Source of the DNA: Gemmatimonadales bacterium | Lineage (GTDB): Bacteria; Gemmatimonadota; Gemmatimonadetes; Gemmatimonadales; GWC2-71-9 | DNA: 20,175 nt | Reading direction: 5' to 3' | NCBI GenBank assembly: GCA_041615815.1 | Contig: JBFJCP010000048.1 | Location: forward strand, 1 to 20,175 | Shown here: positions 1 through 8,154 of the stretch, one piece after another | Layout: each line of letters begins with the position of its first letter | How positions within the stretch are numbered: the first letter of the stretch is position 1 | Position numbers and translations under genes: made by a program | The notes under the pieces: generated by a model | Seen by the model: the letters and a program-made list of their open reading frames with translations, nothing else | Told to the model about the DNA's origin: nothing | The model's database searches: none

Positions 1-342
1 CACCCCGACGACATCGTAGGAACCCGACTCGACTTCGCCAGCGCCCAGCAGAGTCGCCTGCAGCCCGGTGGCGCACGCCTGCTCCACGTGATACCCGGGG
101 ATCCGATGGCCAAGGCAGAATGCCACGAGTGGCGCATTCCAGAACTTCCAATGCCACGGGACGGTGGAGCCGATGACGAGGTACTCCAGCTCGGTCTTCG
201 GTACGCCTCGAAGTCCGAGAATGTGATTCATGGATTCACCGGCAAACTGTCCGATATTGACTTCAGCCAGCGCCGAAGTCTGCCAGGCGGGGAAGTAACT
301 GCTTCCCCAGGTCCCGTAGGGGATCCTCGCCTTCGAGAGCAT
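1..342 (-). CDS. Thiolase (acetyl-CoA C-acyltransferase) family protein, N-terminal 114 codons; runs off the left edge of the window
   Basis: Not in ORF track. Manual translation of minus strand from ATG at 342 (GGGAG RBS at 351-355) is open to base 1: MLSKARIPYGTWGSSYFPAWQTSALAEVNIG...YLVIGSTV...GYHVEQACATGLQATLLGAGEVESGSYDVVGV. QACATG puts Cys at codon 90 (nt 73-75), matching the thiolase acylated Cys (about residue 89) motif. Confidence 0.85.
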   Translation of the reverse strand, partial: MLSKARIPYGTWGSSYFPAWQTSALAEVNIGQFAGESMNHILGLRGVPKTELEYLVIGSTVPWHWKFWNAPLVAFCLGHRIPGYHVEQACATGLQATLLGAGEVESGSYDVVGV

Positions 343-561
343 TGGCGGTACTCCCTGTTTCGTGTGAGCGCGTTGCAACGGATCTGGCGGCGGTCGTTGG
401 AGGACCGCGCGGATGGCGCCCCGTGCGACGTGACACCAGCGCCGTCGAGAAACTTAACCGAGCGCGGGCCCGCGTGTGGAGCCGGTACCGATGGAAGGAC
501 CGACATCACATCTTTCGCGAGCGCTCCGACGCACACACGCCTTTTGGCTCGGGGAGAGCAC

Positions 562-1008
562 ATGAAACTGACCGTGTACTTGGCAGGTGAAATCCACAGT
601 GACTGGCGGGATCGGATCGTTCACGGACTCGAGGAGGAGAAACTGCCGGTGTCGGTCCTCTCACCGGTGACCGACCATCCCGCGAGCGACGACGTGGGGG
701 TCCAGATCCTGGGCCAGGAAGAGAAGCCATTTTGGAAGGACCATAAGGGTGCCAAGATCAACGCTTTACGCACCCGGACGGCGATCGAGAAGGCGGACCT
801 CGTGGTCGTGAAGTTTGGCGAGAAATATCGGCAATGGAACGCCGCGTTCGACGCGGGCTATGCAGCGGCGCTCGGCAAGCCGATCATCACCCTGCACGAC
901 TCGAGCCTCACCCATCCCCTGAAGGAGGTAGACGGCGCCGCCATGGCGGTGGCCGAAACCCCGGAGCAGGTGGTAGAAATCATTCGATATGTGACCACAA
1001 AGGGCTGA
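562..1008 (+). CDS. ytoQ: YtoQ family protein (nucleoside 2-deoxyribosyltransferase-like fold), 148 aa
   Basis: MKLTVYLAGEIHSDWRD...DLVVVKFGEKYRQWNAAFDAGYAAALGKPII...HPLKEVD is the characteristic YtoQ signature. GGGGAGAG RBS at 551-558 before ATG 562; the longer track ORF from 88 overlaps the thiolase. Confidence 0.92.
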   Translation: MKLTVYLAGEIHSDWRDRIVHGLEEEKLPVSVLSPVTDHPASDDVGVQILGQEEKPFWKDHKGAKINALRTRTAIEKADLVVVKFGEKYRQWNAAFDAGYAAALGKPIITLHDSSLTHPLKEVDGAAMAVAETPEQVVEIIRYVTTKG

Positions 1009-1009
1009 T

Positions 1010-1045
1010 CGAGGAAGGCGCCCGGTCGAGACCGGGCGCTCCTCG
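1010..1045. terminator. GC-rich hairpin between convergent genes, possible bidirectional terminator
   Basis: GCGCCCGGT-CGAG-ACCGGGCGC (1018-1039), extendable by CGAGGA/TCCTCG (1010-1015/1040-1045). No U-tract on either side. Confidence 0.6.
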
Positions 1046-1063
1046 GCGTGACTGATCGCACGA

Positions 1064-1699
1064 TCATCGCTGCGCACCCGCCGGTGCGTACACTTCCTTC
1101 CACTCGGCAAGTACCTCGGCAGTCGTCCGGAGTTGCCGCTCCGCATCGCTGGCGTACCACGTCTCGAAATACTCGAGACCTGCGCGGTGCGCCTCAGCGG
1201 TGAATGCCTGCAAGGCATCCGTAATCCACACCAGATCGTAGCCCCGCTGGAACGCGTCGCCGGAGGTATGGCGAGCACAACAGTCGGTATGGAGTCCTGT
1301 GATGTAGAGCCGCTTGATTCCCCGCGTCGTGAGCTGCTCGTCCATGTCGCTGCTCACGAACGGGCTGTAGGTGCGCTTGGCAATCACGAGGTCGCCTGGC
1401 TTGGGAGCTAGTTCGGGAACGATCTCCGCCCACTTGGTGCCCCTCATGGCGTGCGGCGACCATTTGGCGAGCTCGCTGTCGCCCGGTTCGTGAGCATCCG
1501 TGGCGTACACCACGGTGATCCCGACATCGTGAGCGGCTTGGATCAGCTTGGCGAGCCGCGGGAGCATGGCCTGCGCTCGCTGTTGATACTCGGTGCCGCC
1601 GGCATCGGCGATGACACCGCCGGGATAGACGAAATCGTTAGCTAGGTCGATGACCACTAACGCGCAGTCTTTCGGCGATACCGTAGTTTGCTTGGACAT
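1064..1699 (-). CDS. Isochorismatase-family cysteine hydrolase (nicotinamidase/pyrazinamidase-like), 211 aa
   Basis: Triad motifs VVIDLANDF (Asp), AKRTYSPF (Lys), GLHTDCCA (Cys); DAH...WSPH resembles the PncA metal site. GGGAGAG RBS upstream of ATG 1699. Confidence 0.9.
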   Translation of the reverse strand: MSKQTTVSPKDCALVVIDLANDFVYPGGVIADAGGTEYQQRAQAMLPRLAKLIQAAHDVGITVVYATDAHEPGDSELAKWSPHAMRGTKWAEIVPELAPKPGDLVIAKRTYSPFVSSDMDEQLTTRGIKRLYITGLHTDCCARHTSGDAFQRGYDLVWITDALQAFTAEAHRAGLEYFETWYASDAERQLRTTAEVLAEWKEVYAPAGAQR

Positions 1700-1875
1700 G
1701 TGTAGCTCTCCCATTGGTAGAGGGTGCGCTGATGGGGGGCCGTTTGGGGAACGCCTTGGCTCGCGGGGGATCGTGAGCCGCTCCCACCAGGGTGACCGTG
1801 CTAGGGCCACTACAGTTAAAATAACCGATCCGACCGCGCGAAAACCGCAAGAGCCATTTATGAAGGAGATATCCC

Positions 1876-3468
1876 ATGTCCCGGTCGTGCTCGCTCCTGC
1901 TCAGTCTGCTCTCCATCCCCGCGGCAACGGCGCTCCACGCGCAAAGCTTCCCGACGAACGATTCTGTTCTCGTACGTATCTGGCAGGAGGGAATGGAACA
2001 CTCCCAGGCCCAGGATCTAGCGCAGGTTCTGCTGGACTCGATCGGTCCGCGCCTCACGGGGACCCCGCAAATCGCAGCCGGCAACGAGTGGCTGGTGCGG
2101 ACATATCGGAGCTGGGGAATCGAGGCCTCTAACGAGCAGTATGGAACCTGGATGCACTGGAGCCGCGGGCGTACGCACGTGGATCTCGTGGAACCGCGTG
2201 TGCGAACGCTCGAAGCGACGTTGCTGGCATGGAGCGGCGGCACGCAGGGCAAGACCGTTCGGGGGGAGGTCGTGTTGTTCCCCGACGTCGCCGACTCGAG
2301 CGAGTTTGTCCGGTGGCTGCCGCAGGCCCGTGGCAAGTTCGTCGCGATCTCCTTTGCGGAGCCCACGTGCCGTCCGGACGACGACTGGGAGCAGTGGGCC
2401 ACCGAAGAGTCGTTCCAGCAGATGCATGAACGCCGGGAGGCGGCTCGGGACGGGTGGGAGGAACGGGTTGCACGTGCGGGATTTCCGACTCGAGGGAGTG
2501 CGACGACTCGGCGAATTGCCGAACGTCTCGAAGCGGAGGGCGTGGCCGGCGTACTCACATCCCGGTGGTCCAATGGATGGGGCGTTCAGAAGGTCTTCAA
2601 TGCCAGCACGGAGCGGATTCCGACCTTGGACGTGAGTTGCGAAGATTATGGACTCTTGTGGCGTCTCGCGTCTCACAATCAGGGACCGGTGATCGAGGTG
2701 TTCGCCGAAGCGCTATTCGGCGGTGAAGGACCCGTGTTCAATACCATCGCACGCATTCCCGGCACCGAACGACCCGGGGAATACGTAATGCTCTCCGCAC
2801 ACTTCGATTCATGGGACGGCGCTTCCGGCGCCACGGACAACGGTACCGGCACCATTACCATGCTCGAGGCCATGCGCATTCTCCAGATCGCGTATCCGAA
2901 ACCAAAGCGGACGATTCTGGTGGGTCACTGGTCTGGCGAGGAACAAGGCCTCAACGGATCCCGTGCGTTTGCAGCCGATCACCCCGAGGTGGTCACGGGG
3001 CTTCAGGCCTTGTTCAATCAAGACAATGGCACGGGCCGCGTGGCGAACATGTCCAGTTCGGGATTCACGAGTGCCGCCGAGAGCCTTGCTCGCTGGCTGA
3101 CGCGGGTGCCGGACGACATCACGAGACACATCGAGTTGCGTTTCCCGGGAACGCCCTCAGGCGGGGGGAGCGACCACGCGTCGTTCCTGTGCCACGGTGC
3201 GCCAGCGTTCTTTCTGCGATCCCTCAGCTGGAACTACGGGACCTATACCTGGCACACCAACCGCGACACCTTCGACAAAATCGCGTTCGACGAACTCAAG
3301 AACAACGCTACCCTGACCGCGATGATGGTCTATCTCGCTTCCGAGGATCCGGAGCGGGTGTCCAGAGAGAGGCGAACGGAGTTCCCGCCCAATCGGTTTA
3401 CCAGCCGAGCGGGGTCATGGCCCGAATGTCAGCCCCCGAGACGGTCGTGGGAGGAGCGGAGGCGGTAA
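1876..3468 (+). CDS. Secreted M28 family metallopeptidase (carboxypeptidase Q-like), 530 aa
   Basis: Signal peptide ending ALHA-Q; zinc motifs SAHFDSW, GATDNGTG, GEEQGLNGS, NQDNG, SDHASF, WHTNRDT; AAGGAG RBS at 1863-1868. Confidence 0.92.
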   Translation: MSRSCSLLLSLLSIPAATALHAQSFPTNDSVLVRIWQEGMEHSQAQDLAQVLLDSIGPRLTGTPQIAAGNEWLVRTYRSWGIEASNEQYGTWMHWSRGRTHVDLVEPRVRTLEATLLAWSGGTQGKTVRGEVVLFPDVADSSEFVRWLPQARGKFVAISFAEPTCRPDDDWEQWATEESFQQMHERREAARDGWEERVARAGFPTRGSATTRRIAERLEAEGVAGVLTSRWSNGWGVQKVFNASTERIPTLDVSCEDYGLLWRLASHNQGPVIEVFAEALFGGEGPVFNTIARIPGTERPGEYVMLSAHFDSWDGASGATDNGTGTITMLEAMRILQIAYPKPKRTILVGHWSGEEQGLNGSRAFAADHPEVVTGLQALFNQDNGTGRVANMSSSGFTSAAESLARWLTRVPDDITRHIELRFPGTPSGGGSDHASFLCHGAPAFFLRSLSWNYGTYTWHTNRDTFDKIAFDELKNNATLTAMMVYLASEDPERVSRERRTEFPPNRFTSRAGSWPECQPPRRSWEERRR

Positions 3469-3494
3469 CCACGGCGGGGGGCGTCGCACGCCGC

Positions 3495-4592
3495 TCAGGG
3501 CCGTGAGCCGCTCAGCAATCTCCCCGGTAACTCGGCCACGATCTGCTCGGCCTCGGTCACGATTCGGTCCACCAGCTCGCGCACGGAAGGGAGGTCGTGA
3601 ATCCGGCCAGCGACCTCCCCGCCGAGCATCAACGAACCGTCCGCATCGCCGCCGGTCACGAGACGCGAGAGCCCGGCGAGTTCGAGAGCCAGGATTTCGG
3701 GGTCCAGACCCACCGGCCGGCCCCTGAGTAGGTCGGGGGCATGCTCCAGCGTCTTGTCCACCAATTGATCGGCAAACCTATTCTTCAGAAGCCGCATGGG
3801 GCCGAACATCCCGCGTCCCACTACCGTGTCGCGATCGGAGCTCTGAAGCACTCGCGTTTTCCACACCTCCCAGAAATCACATTCCTTCGTCGCAATGAAG
3901 CGGGTCCCCATCTGCACGCCGACGGCTCCCATCGCCAGTGCAGCCGCTACCGTGCGGCCATCACAGATGCCGCCGGCCGCGATCACCGGTAACGATGTCG
4001 CTTCGACCACGCCGGGAATCAGCACCATCGAGTGAACGGGTTGCCAAGAAACATGGCCACCCGCTTCGTGACCAGAGGCGATCACGGCATCGACCCCAGC
4101 TCGCTCGGCGCTACGGACGTGGTCGATGGAGGGAACTACGTGAAACCACAGAAGATCCGACTCGCGAATCAATGCTGCGTGCGTTCGCGGGTCACCAGCA
4201 GAGGTAATCACCACCTTGAGGCGGTCCCGAAGCTCGCGATCGGACGCGCGACTTGCGATCACCGCGTTAAGAAGCCGCGTGGCGGCTCGGGTGAACTCGG
4301 CCGATACGGGGCAGTTGACTCCGAAAATCCCTGCCGATTGCCTCGTCTGACGCATGACCTGCTGCAAGCTACGCTCGACGTACTCTTCCGTCGTGCCCTC
4401 TCCGAAGACCGTGATAGGATCCACCGGAGTGACATCACAGTGCTGCACACCCATGCCCATGAGGCTCACGATCCCAAGGCCTCCCGCGTTTGCCACCGCC
4501 GCGCAGAGCCCGTTCGTGCTATAGGGCCCCATGCCACCCTGGATGATAGGGTGCGTGATCTCGAGCGTGTCAGTGAGCCACGTTTTGAACAT
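3495..4592 (-). CDS. Nitronate monooxygenase / FabK-like FMN-dependent oxidoreductase, 365 aa
   Basis: HPIIQGGMG, VANAGGLG, GHEAGGH, VIAAGGICDG, GAVGVQMGTRFIATKEC motifs. Start moved to ATG 4592 (MFKTWLTDTLEI) by family alignment and GGAAGG RBS. Confidence 0.9.
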   Translation of the reverse strand: MFKTWLTDTLEITHPIIQGGMGPYSTNGLCAAVANAGGLGIVSLMGMGVQHCDVTPVDPITVFGEGTTEEYVERSLQQVMRQTRQSAGIFGVNCPVSAEFTRAATRLLNAVIASRASDRELRDRLKVVITSAGDPRTHAALIRESDLLWFHVVPSIDHVRSAERAGVDAVIASGHEAGGHVSWQPVHSMVLIPGVVEATSLPVIAAGGICDGRTVAAALAMGAVGVQMGTRFIATKECDFWEVWKTRVLQSSDRDTVVGRGMFGPMRLLKNRFADQLVDKTLEHAPDLLRGRPVGLDPEILALELAGLSRLVTGGDADGSLMLGGEVAGRIHDLPSVRELVDRIVTEAEQIVAELPGRLLSGSRP

Positions 4593-4736
4593 GATCGCCT
4601 TCCGGCTGATTGCGGCCGTAAACCAATGCCTCGGCCGACGGCAGGTGCCCATCCTCGGGGTTGCGAACAAGGAGGAGCTGGGACGTTAGCGACCTCTCCA
4701 TGGTCGGAGCCGGAACGCCGTGGCTCGGACTGGCAA

Positions 4737-4771
4737 GAGTAGGCTATATCTACTCATTGTTGCAGCAATGA
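4737..4771. promoter_or_regulatory. Two abutting inverted repeats in an AT-rich patch, candidate operator sites
   Basis: GAGTAG-N7-CTACTC (4737-4755) and TCATTGTTGCAGCAATGA (4754-4771; one mismatched pair), upstream of the nitronate monooxygenase gene. Confidence 0.35.
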
Positions 4772-4793
4772 CACCGTGCGCCACGTCAGACCT

Positions 4794-5798
4794 TCAGTGG
4801 CCACCAACCCGGAAATCGGAAATCTGGATCTCCTTTCCGACGTCGGCGTAATCTCCATCCGTTCGCCGCTGACGAAACATGCCCCAATTCACCGGACGAT
4901 ACCTCGGAGCCTCCCGCCCCAATGGCTCGAGCGGTGTGCAATTGGTCTCGTACGCCGGGTTGAAGAAGAACGGGATGCTGAACCGCTCTCGCTGCGTGCG
5001 CGGGAGCACTCGGTGGAGCGCAGCACGATACCGATCATTGGACCAAATCTGCATCATGTCCCCGAGGTTGATCACGAACGCGCCGTCAATGGGCTCCACG
5101 TCTATCCAGCGCCCGGACCAAGCGACTTGCAACCCACCTACGTCATCTTGCAACAGGATCGTGAGCGCGCCGGCGTCAGTGTGGTGATGCAATGCCATGT
5201 CACCCAGCGGCGTGACGCCAACCGCTTGCTCCGATTCGAGGGGATCGTGAAGGGGATAGTAGTTGAGACGTACAAAGCTCGTGTGTTTGGGCACGAAATG
5301 CCGCTCCACCGCATCCGGAGCAACACCAAGTCCCGCGCAGAACGCTTTTAGGATGGTGAGACCGAGGTCTCGACAGGCTCGGAAGTACTCCTGCATTGTT
5401 GGCTTGAACTCCGGCAAGCCGTCTGGCCACCGATTGAATCCATCCACGGCAGCGCAGTTCCTGGGGTCGTCCTCGGAGAGGTGTGGTTGATCCACGTCGC
5501 CGAAGTCGAACACCTCTTTCAGATCACGCGCATTTTTGGTGAGCTCGCGGTCGTAGTATCCCCGAGGGTTCTCCTCGGTGCGCGCAAGGGACTGCTTCTG
5601 GTCTCTGGAAAGCGCAAAGAAGTTGCGTGTTTGTTCCCACACGCGATGGATCAGGAGGTCGGGCACCCCGTGATTCACGACTTGAAAAAATCCCAGGGTC
5701 CCACACGCATCTCGAATGACCTCGACCACGTCTTCGGTACCGGATGGCGCACGATTCCTGAGGGGACCGATGTCGACGACTGGGATCTGGGGAACCAC
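4794..5798 (-). CDS. 2-oxoglutarate/Fe(II)-dependent dioxygenase, isopenicillin N synthase/DIOX family, 334 aa
   Basis: IPVVDI, GFFQVVNHGVP, RLNYYP, HTD...H facial triad (HHTDAG, ALHRV) and RFS 2OG-binding motif. GTG start at 5798 with AGGAG RBS at 5804-5808. Confidence 0.92.
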   Translation of the reverse strand: MVPQIPVVDIGPLRNRAPSGTEDVVEVIRDACGTLGFFQVVNHGVPDLLIHRVWEQTRNFFALSRDQKQSLARTEENPRGYYDRELTKNARDLKEVFDFGDVDQPHLSEDDPRNCAAVDGFNRWPDGLPEFKPTMQEYFRACRDLGLTILKAFCAGLGVAPDAVERHFVPKHTSFVRLNYYPLHDPLESEQAVGVTPLGDMALHHHTDAGALTILLQDDVGGLQVAWSGRWIDVEPIDGAFVINLGDMMQIWSNDRYRAALHRVLPRTQRERFSIPFFFNPAYETNCTPLEPLGREAPRYRPVNWGMFRQRRTDGDYADVGKEIQISDFRVGGH

Positions 5799-5944
5799 CG
5801 ACACTCCTGGATTCGGGTTCCTGCTCACTGATAGATGGACGTGTCGGCACAGGGGATGCAAGCCTCGATAACACCGCTCTTCACATTGGGCCGCCGGAGC
5901 GACAGGATACTCCTACCTGTTCCACTCGTGTAATGGGAGATCAT

Positions 5945-7084
5945 ATGGCCGTACTCGATATGCGGTGCTCGATCCTCTTTTTGGCCTTGCTAGGAAGCCT
6001 CGGCGGGAGTGCGGAAGCACAGGGCGAGGACCACGGCTTTGTCTATTTCTCGAATGTGACTGGCGCCACCGCTGCCGATCAGGTGCTCACAACCGTGGAA
6101 GATCAGACCGTGCGGGCGCTGGATCGTCTGGGCGAGCTGCTGCGAGAGCGGGGATTGGACTACCGCCACGTCGTGGTCTCGAACGTGTTTCTGAAGGACA
6201 CGAGGCACTTTCCCGCTATGAACGCGGTGTATCGGCGGTACTTCGCGACCGATCCGCCCACCAGAGCGACCGTTCGGGCCGATCTCCCCGATCCCGATGC
6301 GCTCATTCAGATCTCAGTCGTCGCGGCACGGGGCGACAAACACGTGGTCGTGCCGCGCGGGATGCAATCACCGGCCCTGCCATACTCCTGGGGGATCAAG
6401 GTGGGCCAGACCTTGTTCATCGCCGGCGCGACGAGCAGAAGTCCCGAAACCTACCAGCCGGTACCCGGTGACGTGGCGACGCAGACGCGAAGGATTCTGG
6501 GCAACGTCGGACTGGTACTCGACGAAGCGGGAATGGACTACGGAGACCTCGTGAGCTGCCGAGTGTTTCTCGACGACGCCCGGCGGTTCGGCGAAATGAA
6601 CCGCGCCTACGCCGAGTTCGTGTCTAGGGAAGACCCGCCTGCCCGTGCCACCGTGCGGTCGGGTTTGATGAATCCTCTTTTCGATGCGGAAATCCAATGC
6701 ATCGCTGAGCGATCAACACGACGAGAAGTCGTCGTCGGTGCAGGTCGGCAGCGGTCCCGCTCGCCGTTCTCGCCGGCGATATCGACGGGCAATCGTCTCT
6801 ACCTGGCCGGAATGGTGGGGAGCGGGTTCGATGGCGTGCCGGCGCAGGTGATCGGTCAGACGCGAAACGCGCTGGCGAACCTCGAGGCCACACTCGCTGC
6901 AGCCGACATGGATTTCACGGACGTGGTTGACGTGTGGGTATATGTCACCGATATCCGCCAGTGGAGCGACGTACAAAACGTGCTGCAGGAGGTGCTGCCA
7001 GCGGGCCTGCCGCAGACCGTGGTCGGGACGCCGCTCATGGGCAGCAGCCTCCTCGTGGAGATTCAGATGGTGGCGGAGCGCTAG
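5945..7084 (+). CDS. Predicted exported RidA/YjgF-family protein with three tandem Rid domains, about 379 aa
   Basis: Three repeats of the Rid core (QTxRxLxxL/V...G/DMDxxxVV...VFL/VYV...PPxRATV...xE/QIxxxA). Signal peptide ILFLALLGSLGGSAEA-Q. GGGAGA RBS before ATG 5945 (ATG 5933 or 5960 are alternatives). Confidence 0.9.
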   Translation: MAVLDMRCSILFLALLGSLGGSAEAQGEDHGFVYFSNVTGATAADQVLTTVEDQTVRALDRLGELLRERGLDYRHVVVSNVFLKDTRHFPAMNAVYRRYFATDPPTRATVRADLPDPDALIQISVVAARGDKHVVVPRGMQSPALPYSWGIKVGQTLFIAGATSRSPETYQPVPGDVATQTRRILGNVGLVLDEAGMDYGDLVSCRVFLDDARRFGEMNRAYAEFVSREDPPARATVRSGLMNPLFDAEIQCIAERSTRREVVVGAGRQRSRSPFSPAISTGNRLYLAGMVGSGFDGVPAQVIGQTRNALANLEATLAAADMDFTDVVDVWVYVTDIRQWSDVQNVLQEVLPAGLPQTVVGTPLMGSSLLVEIQMVAER

Positions 7085-7110
7085 CGGAAGAGCGCTCGCC
7101 AACGGCGTAC

Positions 7111-7986
7111 TTATGGCGGGTCGAGGCGGAGTCGCATGGCCCGCCGCACGGCGTCGACGACCGCCTGCGGTCGCTCTTCTTGAATGAAGTGCCCCACGTC
7201 TGGGATCGAGTCGATGACAAGCGACGGCACCAGCGCTTTGAGCAACGCGACTTCCTCGTCAGGCGGGCCGCTCTTGTGGGGCTCGGCACCGATCAGCAGG
7301 AAGATCGGGCTGCGAATGTGCGGCAGCCGTTCCTGGAGGTTTTCCGGCTCTTCGGACCGCGCCATGCCTCGGTAGGCATCCATGGTAGCCCCAAAATCGG
7401 CGAGATCTCCCGCGACGTAGCTCTCGACCAGGGCCTCATTGATCCATGTGGTGTCTGCGGACGACTTGATCAAGTCCCGGTGAATCATGCGCTGCATCAG
7501 CACGGGACCATTGAAGAGCTTGCTCAACGGCGCGAGCTTGAGCCACCGGCGAAAGCCTGGCGTCGTTGCCGCTTCGGCAGGCCCACCCTCCAGCGACACC
7601 ACCGCTCCCGCCAAATCGGGACGCCGGTACGCGAGGCGAAGCGCGATGGAAGCCCCTACCGAATGCGCCACGATGACCGCTCGTGCCACATCCAGTGTGT
7701 CGAGGACCCCCGCAATCCGATCCGCCTGGGCAGTGAGAGAATAGTCCGCTTCTTTGACCCGTGCAGAAGAGCCGATACCCAGTGGCTCGATCACGATGGA
7801 CCGATAGCCGCTCTCGGCGAGTAGCGGCACCAGCTTGCGAAACCCGTGGGCGGTGCCGAAGAGCCCAGGGATGAGAACCACGGGTTCGCCCGTACCGACG
7901 GCGCTAACCGAGAGCGCTTCGCCGGGCACGGCCGCTGCCTGTGTGCTGGGCAGGACCGTCAGGAGCGACATGGTGAGCAGGAGCAC
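7111..7986 (-). CDS. Alpha/beta fold hydrolase, probably exported, about 291 aa
   Basis: GEPVVLIPGLFG oxyanion region, nucleophile elbow AHSVG, C-terminal GHFIQEERP. GTG 7986 preceded by GGAGGA (ATG 7998 is an alternative); hydrophobic N-terminus. Confidence 0.88.
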   Translation of the reverse strand: MLLLTMSLLTVLPSTQAAAVPGEALSVSAVGTGEPVVLIPGLFGTAHGFRKLVPLLAESGYRSIVIEPLGIGSSARVKEADYSLTAQADRIAGVLDTLDVARAVIVAHSVGASIALRLAYRRPDLAGAVVSLEGGPAEAATTPGFRRWLKLAPLSKLFNGPVLMQRMIHRDLIKSSADTTWINEALVESYVAGDLADFGATMDAYRGMARSEEPENLQERLPHIRSPIFLLIGAEPHKSGPPDEEVALLKALVPSLVIDSIPDVGHFIQEERPQAVVDAVRRAMRLRLDPP

Positions 7987-8154
7987 GTCTTCCTCCATTG
8001 GCGAGTCCCGTTCGTCGGACTCAGGAGCGAGTGGTGCGAAGGGCGAGCAGGTTCGAGGATAGGCGAACGGACCGCTGTCGGCCAGTCCCGGGGGCCGCCG
8101 CATTCCACCCCGCCCTCAGCTGCACTTGCATTGGTGCTGCGACGACCGGGATGC

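Noticed and set aside
88..561. N-terminal extension of the 306-aa ORF 88..1008
   Set aside because: Antisense to the thiolase; YtoQ homology and a good RBS start at 562.
1700..1875. Possible riboswitch upstream of the isochorismatase gene (hairpin 1758-1779, weak RBS-sequestering stem)
   Set aside because: No consensus of a known riboswitch class recognised; such stems are expected by chance at this GC content.
4794..5798. Isopenicillin N synthase / beta-lactam biosynthetic cluster (with MBL and acylase-like GGT)
   Set aside because: No NRPS/ACV synthetase or other biosynthetic core in the window; this oxygenase family is broad and the genes are dispersed.
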